Below are positions 42,501 through 51,732 of a stretch of DNA of 51,732 nucleotides, in pieces. This DNA comes from Chromera velia (taxonomy: Eukaryota), in NCBI GenBank assembly GCA_018398765.1, contig JAHBMJ010000272.1, forward strand, positions 1 through 51,732. The letters run 5' to 3'. The position numbers were made by a program, and so were the translations under genes. The notes beneath the pieces are model-generated. The model did not search any database, had not been told where the DNA came from, and saw nothing but the letters and a program-made list of their open reading frames with translations. Position 1 is the first letter of the stretch; each line of letters opens with the position of its first letter.

Positions 42501-43772
42501 CAGACTCTCTCTCTCCTACGGCATCGGGATGATTGTTGGATCCTCTGCCGGGGGTTTCCTCTCGAAGGTCTTCGGAAATCAGGGGGTGGCCCTGCTTGCG
42601 TCACTCCTCAGTGTGGGGGTGGCAATGGCAGACGTGGTGCTACTCCCCAATGTGCACACGGAGAAGGAGAAGGAAAGCGGGGAGGGGGAGAAGAAGGGGG
42701 GAGAAAGTGGGTGGTCGGCTTTTGTCGGTTTGATACTGCAAGAGGGAGTGGGGGTAGTTTTGGTGTTCAAGATTCTCTTGGGGATGGCGTTCAGGGTCGG
42801 TTTCTGCTTACATTTCTGTTTGTCCCTTTTCTTGTTTTTCTTTTTGCTTGTTTGTCCTCATGTCTGTCTGTTTGCCTGTCGATGGCAGACAGTCTGTCTT
42901 TTTGTGGCTATAGTGGAAGCACATTCAGCCGTTTGTCTCCTTGGGAGAGAGGGAGAGTCAATTCACGAAATGGAATGGAAAGGAGCACGCAGCTAACAAC
43001 CTTCCGGGGACTCCTAAGAGAAAAAAGAAGAGGGGGGGAGAGATCAAAGTGTTCCTCATTTCCGTTGTGTTTTTTTCGTGGAGGATGCAGACAGACGCAT
43101 CTTCCTTCTCTCCCTCTCTGTGTGCATGCATGGATGCAGATGTACGAGTCGACTTTCTCCCTCGCACTCGCACAGCAATTTGAGTTGGACGCTGCCGCTA
43201 TCGGCCTCGTGCTCACCTTCGGAGCCGCTCTTTCAGTTGCCACCAACACATTTCTTGTGGTCGGCATCTCTTGTGTGAATTTTTTCTGTTGGGCGGTGCT
43301 TACTGCTTTTTGGGGGGGGAAAGAAATGCCTTTCTTTTCTACTTTACTTCTTCTTTGTTGTGACAGGACACTTTGGCAGATTGGCATCCTTTGTTTCCTC
43401 TGTTTCTGTGTGCACATAAGTGGAAGAAGTGAAAGGGGGGAGAAGTTAAGTGACCTGCTTGAGAGAAAGTCGCAAAGGCAATTTGTTTCTGTGCATTTCC
43501 TTCTATCAAGTCCTTGTGGCGCCTTCCTTCTCAATCCGTTCCTTTTTCACCTTCTTCCTCCACCACCTATTCCCTCTGTGCCTGTGCAGGGAACTATCTC
43601 TCGAAGTCTCGGGGAAGTTCCTTCAGTGACGCTTGCAACGGCGTCGGCCTCTGTCTGCTTCTTCTTGTCAGTCAGTCTTCATTTTTGTTTCGGTGTCGTT
43701 TTTTTTACTGTGTGTGTCTCCCTGTGCCTTTCTCTCTCCCTGTGTTTCTTCCTTCTTTCCTGTCCTTCATGC

Positions 43773-43819
<47 letters not shown>

Positions 43820-45183
43820 GAGGAAGAGAGAGAGAAACAGATTCAGCGACAACCTTTCCACATGCACTGAAGCCTTCATGGATGTATGAACCGTATCAAT
43901 GAATATACGTCTGCCTGTGTGTATGCAGCTACTCTTTTGTCTCTTCAGTCAGCGGCCTGTTCATCGTCCTCCTCCCGAAGGCAGTCTCCTCCACTCTTGT
44001 CTACACGGTCTGTTGGTCGGTTGGTTCGTTGAGAGAAAATTAAAAGGATTTCTTTTATTTGCGTGTCCGTGCATCGAGCATACTCCCTGATTTTTTTTTC
44101 TCTCGCTTTTTCCCTTTTTCTTGATCATGGGATCAATCTCCTGGACTCTCTGTTCTGACTGTGGCGCTTTGTTTACTCTGGCCACACTTACTTCGAACTG
44201 CTGCTTGTGCTCAGTGACATCATTACGCCTATCTTTGCGTGGAGAGAATAAAAACGCAAATAGAGCCTTTGTTTTTCGGCCTGTCTGTTTGTCTCTCTGT
44301 GTGCTCCTGCAGGTGACCACGTCCCTCCTCGCCTCCCTCGCTGACCCAAGTCAACGAGGTCTGGCTATTGGGGTCTCTCATGCGACCAGAAGCCTCTGCG
44401 GTCTGGTGGCGCCCCCCCTCGGTCAGAATCGTCAGATATTGAATTTGTTTAGTGTCAGGGTAACAAGAAGGAAATTCGTTTGGTTCTTCACAGTAACAAG
44501 AAGGAAATTCGTTTGGTTCTTCACATGAACTGATCGAAATGGACTGGAGTTTCTTTTTCCTGTCGGCTTTCTGGTTGGGTTCTGTCGCCTTCTATTCGCA
44601 CCGATTGTTCTTTTCCAATCTGCTTACAGATTTCTTGTTTGTTTCAGACAGATGGCTGGCCTAGTCAATTGTTTCGTGTGTGGTTTTCATCCGTTCTTGG
44701 GAGACAGAGAGTGAAGATCAGTCTCTGCCTCTACTTTGGGCGAAAATTTGTGGGTGGGGGAACTTTGGTGATCCGGTCCTTTGTGTGCTCTGTTTTGGTT
44801 TTCCTACGTGGAGGAGAAAGCTTGAGGTTGAGGGAGGCCGACTCAATTGAATTCTTGTCGTCGTTAGATATGAATAGATAGATCATCGAGAGATGAAGAA
44901 ACGAAGAAAATCACTTTTATGCATGTCTGCAGGTGGCTGGTTGATGAAGACCCAGGGCGTTCGGGGTCTCGCTCTTTGTTGTTGTGGGGTTGCTGGAGTT
45001 GCCTGTCTGTTCCTTGTCGTGTGTCGGCGGCTTGGCTTGATTGAAGCGTCTTCGGTGAAGAAAGAGGAGGGAGAGGGGGGGGGAGACGGAGAGGTGGAGA
45101 CGGAGAAGAGTGAAGGCAAAAAGGGAAAAGCAAAGAAAGGCCCAGACTCGAAAAAGAAAGCAGGAAAGGTACACTCGTCATGA
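39577..45183 (+). CDS. MFS transporter, SLC22A18-like (tetracycline-efflux-type family)
   Basis: Exons 39577-39689, 40025-40086, 40500-40564, 41403-41549, 42027-42079, 42504-42795, 43140-43259, 43590-43666, 43929-44007, 44313-44421 and 44933-45183. Motif A GRLTDTQGPR, AIGRLSLSYGIGMIVG, and RGLAIG...VAPPLGGWL. Confidence 0.92.
40385..40522 (+). repeat. 52-bp tandem repeat overlapping an MFS 3' splice site
   Basis: Period 52: gatggttacagagttgg at 40396, 40448 and 40500. Confidence 0.95.
40700..41020. repeat. Intronic 74-76-bp minisatellite, about 4.3 copies
   Basis: tgcacatcataatgctcctcgctgtcgc... (first copy tgcacagc...) at 40700, 40776, 40852, 40927 and 41001. Confidence 0.95.
41902..42058 (+). 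repeat. ~49-55-bp tandem repeat x3 overlapping an MFS 3' splice site
   Basis: tcgatgtacttgtgcatgcag(a/g)ctttcgtgtctgcatacacaga at 41902, 41951 and 42006. Confidence 0.95.
44460..44525. repeat. Intronic 33-bp direct duplication
   Basis: gtaacaagaaggaaattcgtttggttcttcaca occurs twice in tandem. Confidence 0.9.
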
Positions 45184-45439
45184 TGACATCTGTATGTGAA
45201 TGCACGTGTCTCAATTAATGGAGGCCCATTTTACGGGAACTTATTGAACGAGCTTTCTGAGATCGTCTCCGTATCTTCCAAGTACACTGTCGAGGTCGTC
45301 CTTCTTCCACAGTGAATTCAATTTCACTGTGGCCAGAGCGTGCAGTGATGATGACATATGTTGAAATCAGAATTGAACGCCTATCATCGGCGGCGTGGTC
45401 GGCCGATGATTGCCGGTGGCGATGACGTATGACGGTCAT

Positions 45440-46000
45440 GATGATGAAAATTAAACTGTAATTTAAACATCATCAAACATCTAGTCAAACATAGTCGTCA
45501 AGCATTGACAAGCATTCCATGCAATACATTCCAATAGAAAAAAAGATATATTCGTATTTATAGAATTTTGGTATTAAAATGTGTTAAATATTGCTACATA
45601 TTAATTGAATCTGAAAGTTTCAACTATAGTTTTAGGTGTTTTAACGGACTTTAAGTTTATATTGCTTGGTTAATCAATTGATTATTTTTCAAATTAAATA
45701 ATATGAGATCATAAGATTGAACGAATATCATAAAACAACATTTAAAGAAACCTATTATTAGTTAAAGGCTAGTTTTACAGCAAGTTTTATTCTCAGTCTG
45801 TAGGTCTAGAGACTAGAGCAAATCTTTTTGTCTAGCTTTTTTTTTTAGTCGTTTGTTTTATGCTAGACTCAACTTAGAACTTAACCACTTAACTGCTTAT
45901 TCTTGAGGTTATACTCAGATAATACTCTCTTATCTTCTCCTTAGTGTAGCCACCAACTCAAAATCCTTTCTACAGCTTGCAGTGACTTCCTTTTAACCTT
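45440..46000. other. AT/TpA-rich intergenic island 5 (convergent junction)
   Basis: Compositional shift between the MFS stop (45183) and the GTPase-like stop (46074). Confidence 0.8.
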
Positions 46001-46073
46001 AATCTCCAGGCATCACTGAGGGTTCATTCATCGGTTGACCGTTCATTCAAGTGAGGCTTGGGTGTCTCTCTAG

Positions 46074-47129
46074 CTAGCTCTCTAGGTCCAGGGCATCCTG
46101 ACCCATCCACTGGTTGCCGGTCGACTCGGCTCGGGTGTGACTGCATGGCAGCGCCACTCGAGGCCTCAGGATGGGTGTGTTGTTCTTCAGGGGAAGGAAC
46201 TCACAAATGTAGAGTGACAGGGAATGAGAAAGGGCGACGGTTGACGGGGACTCCACTGTCTCCCTCATGCAATCAGACTGGACACACTGAGTGTCACCCA
46301 ACGCATCTCCTGTAATTTCTCTTCTTACGTGAGGGTGGCCTCCAGGGTGCGGCTCTTCTTTTGTCTGGCCTTTCTGCTTTCTGCACCTTTCCCGCATCCT
46401 CTGCATAGCCAGAAGGAAAGTGAGCACTGTCTTCTGAATGATTGGACAGGACTTCGGGTGCTCTTCCTTAGTCCAGTGGGGCTCTTCCTTCAATTCGCCC
46501 CCGACCACAGAAACAATTGCACTCTCAAGTTCTCTCACCCCCTTTCGTGTCTTTGCTGATGTCTCAAAATACCTGGCGCCTATTTCCAACGCCTTCGCCT
46601 GTCCCTCTTCCGATGCCACCTCCCGATCCCTCCCCCCAGGCTCTGTGTCCGTCTTCGTCCCCACCAGAAACACATCTGCGTTGCGGGCCTTCATTTGCGA
46701 GGGCACATCAGCCATGTACAGATCTACTAGATCGAGGGTCTTCCGATCCCTCACGTCGTAGAGGAGCAGTACGAGACCCGCAGGAAGGGGCCTGAGACTT
46801 GGCAAAATCTGCGTGACCAAAACGCTGCTCTCTGCAGAGACTCCTGAATAAATGAAGAAGTGCACCTTCACAAGTTTGTCTGAGTCCTTCTTGTTGCACA
46901 CCTTTGACATGATACCCACGTCGCCTGGACCTGCCACACTGGGTTCGTGACTGAAGGGTTCATCGGGCCAAACAATTCTCTCCAACAGCTTGTCCTTTCC
47001 AACAGAGCTGTATCCCAACACGACGACCCATTTTTTCTCGACTTTCTTTGATCCTGAGGAGGAGGAAGTCTCCGTCGGCACCGGTCGACCCCACTGAGAA
47101 AACAGCCCTTCAAACAGTGCTCGTATCAT
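46074..47129 (-). CDS. Divergent Ras/Rab-superfamily small GTPase-like protein with a C-terminal extension, intronless
   Basis: VVVLGYSSVGKD (G1), LLLYDV, LVGTKTD (G4), REV, YFETSAKT (G5). G3 is degenerate and there is no CAAX/CC motif. Confidence 0.88.
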   Translation of the reverse strand: MIRALFEGLFSQWGRPVPTETSSSSGSKKVEKKWVVVLGYSSVGKDKLLERIVWPDEPFSHEPSVAGPGDVGIMSKVCNKKDSDKLVKVHFFIYSGVSAESSVLVTQILPSLRPLPAGLVLLLYDVRDRKTLDLVDLYMADVPSQMKARNADVFLVGTKTDTEPGGRDREVASEEGQAKALEIGARYFETSAKTRKGVRELESAIVSVVGGELKEEPHWTKEEHPKSCPIIQKTVLTFLLAMQRMRERCRKQKGQTKEEPHPGGHPHVRREITGDALGDTQCVQSDCMRETVESPSTVALSHSLSLYICEFLPLKNNTPILRPRVALPCSHTRAESTGNQWMGQDALDLES

Positions 47130-47830
47130 CGTACAGAATCAGAATTGACTCGCTGCAAGATGGAATGGAGCGGGTGAGCGCAGTCGGCATAGCGGCATGC
47201 TCGTGATGTGGTGACAGCCGTCTCTCCACACAGCTTCAGAAGGGGTGTCTGTCAGACGGGGATTATGCATGTCCTTAGAGTATCAATTGAAAGAAGCGCA
47301 ATCTATGTCTGCAGTCATCTGCGCACATATAGAGTGGTCATTGCAGCTTTCGACTGAGCATTGATGCAATCATGCAGTAAGAAGCTAGGTCAGACACTCT
47401 GCAAACTGTCACGGCGAGCTCAGGGACCCGGAAAGTTTTTTCGTGTGAGGGGCACAAGCGCGTTTTGGCCGTTCATAATAAGTTTTTCGCTTTCAAGGGC
47501 CATTCGCACGCACAAGCTTTTTTCAATGCAACACTTCTACATGCGCAACATGCATGTATGCATTGTGTCAGAAAGGCTTCCCCATGCAGCTTGTATGATT
47601 CATTCCGGAAGAGTCTGACTCGGAGACTGTAAGGAGGGCAGCACGCAGCTTCGGACTTTTGGATCGTTGCGTCAACACAGTACCTTGCATCAATCCTGTG
47701 TGTTCGTGCTCTACTTGCGATCATTGAGCTTGCTTCTCATACATAAGCAACACCTCTTGCTCTTCTCAGTTCGCTTGTGACTATGTAACACCATACTGGA
47801 GATTCACATCAAGCATTCCACTTCGTTTAA

Positions 47831-50652
47831 ATGTCGATTCTCTGTCCAATAAGGGTGTCCAGTCGTGACAGACATGCAAACAACACCTGGCTACTGATCA
47901 TATTCACGCTTGCCTTCTGCGGAGTCACAACAACAGTACGAAGCGTTGCAACACCCTCCTTTCCCTTCTCGGAAGTGTTGCTTGAACAGGCTTCAGTCGA
48001 TCTCCCATCGCCCCCAGCCTGCAGCTTTGCTCCATGGTCAGACTGGAGAGATGACCCCTCGAGACCTCAGATCAGAACACGAAGCCGCATCACCTTTCCA
48101 GACCCGTGCGTGTGCGTAGACGGACAGGCGGAGGTCAAATGTCCTATAGAAGAGTCTTCCTACCAGGAACCCCCTCTTCCTGTTGGGTCATGGCATTGCT
48201 TCAATTCTCCACAACAGACAGGAAAGGACTGCAGTGACGACGACCCGATGTCCACTTACCTGAACAAGCAGATCCAGCCAGGGGGCCCCGGCATCCTCGG
48301 CAGGGTCCCCGATGAGCACTACTTCCCTGTTAAGTTCTTCAGTCGACCCGCCAGCTACATCAGTGCAGAGACCTACTGTCCCCATGCCTTCTTTCACGAA
48401 CCTATTCACTTACGTTTCGACAAAGACGGAAACCCTCAAGAAGTGCGCTCCTACCAAGTATGCCCAATTGTCAACCACTCTACCGACATCCCGTGCGCAC
48501 CCCCAGGCTCAGGCATGAACCCCCCCCCAGGGAAACTAGGGCTAGGCCAGGACTACCCGATGGTCTTGAACATTATTGCCTCTGCATTTGTCAACAAAGA
48601 CCCAAACGCCACCCCCTCTGCTGCCTTTCCACACGACGCGAATTCAGATTCAAGAGAGCCAAGGTTGGGTAGGGGGTGTAAGGAAGGACAGACAGTCGAG
48701 AGGTGTGGAGGGATTGCAGATGAAGAAACCGGGTGCAAGTCAGTTGAATACTTTCGTCTGTCCATGTGCTGCAAAACCTCTTTTAGGAGACTGTTACACC
48801 AAAGGTGCCTCTGCTGGTCCTGTTTCAGCTATCCCTCCCCGGCCAACTGGCCTTTCCTTTTTTTTCTCTCTCTCTCTCTTCTCCTTTCCACCCCCTTTTT
48901 TGCAAATCCCTTGTTCTTTTTCTCTTTCGACTTCTCCATTCTTCCCCCATCTGAGTCAAGTTCTGACCCTTTTCTGTGCCCGCCCTCCTTTCTGACCCTA
49001 CTGCTGCCCGGCAGGTGCTCCAAACGTTTGTGGAAGGAGTACGGCTTCGGGTGGGTGAGGGAATACTTCTCCACGAACAGAACTCTGGTGGATGCGGAGG
49101 GGAAGGTGCGGTACAAGCCGGCGTTCTGCCAGTGCTGGTTTGACCCCAATGGTGTGTTGGTCTGCGCTTTTTTTCTCCTGTCTTTGCTCTTCTTCTTCAT
49201 TTTCCTCCTTTCCTCCCCTGCGTTTTTCTCTTCTCTTCTCTTCTCTTCTCCTTTCTTCGTTTTTTCTCTTCTCTACTCCTTCCTAGAAGTACAGGAAAGG
49301 TCCTTCTTTTTCTCTCTTTCTTTTTGCTTTGTGAATCCAAGAAATAAGCTTTGCCGGCATGACAAAGGTGGCACGAAGGATGCAGTCTCTCGAAACGAAG
49401 GAATTGGAGAAGCCAAAAAAGGCAATGACGAGAAAGAAGCAGGAGACACTAGGCTGAGACAAAGATGGAGAAGAGGAAAAGAGAAAGAACCGCAATACAA
49501 ATAAAGGAAGCAGCGAAAACCTTCCTCCTTCCCCTGCAACTCAAAAACCGTTGAATGAGCGAATGAATGCATGCAGAGCAGGGAGGTCTGAGTGCAATGA
49601 CGGCAGTGCAGAACCAATGGTGGTGGGGCCGCAGTTTTCTCGCCGACACAGACCGTCACCTCGGAGTGACAAGGAAGGGCGTCAAATGGCTCGACACCTG
49701 GAACGAAGTTGTCATGCCTGCCGAGGCCGCTCTGGGGGCCTCCTTCTGGGATGCCATTGCAATCAAACTGCCTGCTGCGACAGAGAGCCTCTCGGACCTT
49801 CTCGAAGACGCACAGGTCAGGAGAAAGTGAGACGACAATGGGGTCCACGGAATGGGAAACTGTATGTCTCTTCAGAGGCGTGTGTGTGTCTGTAAGTGTG
49901 TGTGTACGCTTGAGTGTGTATGTATGAGGTACAGAAAGTTGCGGGCCTGAATGACGATGACTTGTGCGGGAATCCAGACGAGAGTGTGTGAAGAATCGCA
50001 TAGCCGACTTCAGAATTTCCCGCAACGAAACGGAGTGTGCAGGAAAGCTTTTCGTCTGGTCTCATTTCGATCGGCCCTGAATGAAAGGTCCTGCTCTAGA
50101 TGTAGAAAGAGGCGCTGGGGAGGATCCCGACTTCTTCTTTCCGACCACCGTTCTTCTTGAGTGTGTGGGGTTGCATGGACGTAAATGAGCGCACAACACG
50201 GCCCCCTCTTGAAATTTGAATTGTTGCTTTGCGCTGACCGATCGATCTTGCAGACGAAGCTTCCCGATCTCCTCGTGTGGTTCCTCTCTACTCAAGCAGA
50301 CCGGGAGGGGCAGATGGAGAAGGTTCTTGGTCTTCCTTTTTTGATTCTTTCGGAACTTCCAGACGATAACGGGAACTTCCATCGTCGCTTTTTCTGTCAA
50401 GAGAGGGAAGTGGGAGACTGGGGGGTGATGCATCAATCGAAAAGTAAAGGGCGTTGCGCACTTTGTATTCGATCCTCCCCTTTTCCCGCAGGCTTTCTAC
50501 CTTCACATGCCTCTGAGGCTCTGCAAACTGCGGCTGCTCAATTTGACACCTGCACTGATACGCCGAGTAGAGCTGTGGGGGATGCAAGTGGAAACACCGT
50601 GACGCTCGTGCCATCAGATTCCTCTTCAAAAAATTATATGATCCAGAGTTGA
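47831..50652 (+). CDS. Secreted Cys-rich protein with an N-terminal TSP1-like motif
   Basis: Exons 47831-48738, 49015-49151, 49577-49815 and 50254-50652 are phase-compatible. Hydrophobic leader WLLIIFTLAFCG, then CSFAPWSDW...RTRSR...C. Confidence 0.8.
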
Positions 50653-50659
50653 CACCAGG

Positions 50660-51179
50660 AAAGTTGTTGTTACACAATTTTGTCTTTTTCGTTGTATGAG
50701 CTCATTTGGACATTATTTCATCCTCTGCAGATGTTTTGCATTCTAAAATCGCAACAACAAGATAACATGATGTGTTGCTTTTGAACTTTTTTCTAGACTT
50801 TTCTCTATCTTTGTTCATAAATACCAAACAATACCAATGAAAAACCTTATTTAGTATTACTTAAGCTACTGGTAGGATATTTGCTAAAATCTATTAAATT
50901 GACTGTAGGTCCTTCCATTGTCACTATTCCTTCTCGCTTTCTACCTGAAGTGTTGTGCTGCCCTTTTCTCCGGCAACGGCTTTAACAGACGGTAAGAAAG
51001 AGGAAGACAAGCAGCTAGGGAAGACTGCCATTGCCAACTCCTTTACTACCTAGTTCACAACTTGTCTCTTCAACTTTTATGCCTCCCACAGTCTTGAATT
51101 CTAAGCTAAATCCTAAGTTTTACATTAAAATTTGCAAGTTCATTCTGGAGGAACATATGGGAACATCATATCCCTGCAG
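50660..51179. other. AT-rich intergenic island 6
   Basis: Compositional shift downstream of the last gene, ending at the retroelement poly(A). Confidence 0.65.

Positions 51180-51732
<553 letters not shown>

Noticed and set aside
42372..43889. 505-aa ORF as a standalone gene
   Set aside because: It is a read-through of two MFS exons plus stop-free introns.
20406..45183. Functional cluster of carbonic anhydrase, NOX and MFS transporter (pH/ROS module)
   Set aside because: The genes are interspersed with unrelated loci and there is no evidence for co-regulation.

Overview
Intron-rich eukaryotic nuclear DNA with microsatellite-filled introns, frequent TGCATGCA motifs and N-gaps next to poly-G/C runs. 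The style suggests a chromerid alveolate such as Chromera velia (my inference, not verified). I reconstructed ten spliced or intronless genes by hand, plus one pseudogene and the 3' end of a CRE-like non-LTR retrotransposon. In order: a 5'-truncated Cys/Trp-rich protein (+), a membrane hybrid histidine kinase (-), an EGF/Sushi type I membrane protein (+), a METTL18/Hpm1-like methyltransferase (-), a beta-carbonic anhydrase (+), a decayed F-box-like gene (-), a small secreted Cys-rich protein (+), an NADPH oxidase (-), an SLC22A18-like MFS transporter (+), a Rab-like pseudo-GTPase (-) and a secreted TSP1-like protein (+). Three observations stand out. (1) The NADPH oxidase carries a four-helix insert inside its NADPH-binding domain that resembles a voltage-sensor/Hv1 proton-channel module. 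(2) Gene orientation alternates strictly: five head-to-head pairs with 0.6-0.9 kb between start codons, and an AT/TpA-rich island with a C-to-T (RIP-like) signature at every tail-to-tail junction. (3) Four separate tandem duplications cover a 3' splice site plus the start of its exon. All exon models are manual and have not been checked against transcripts.
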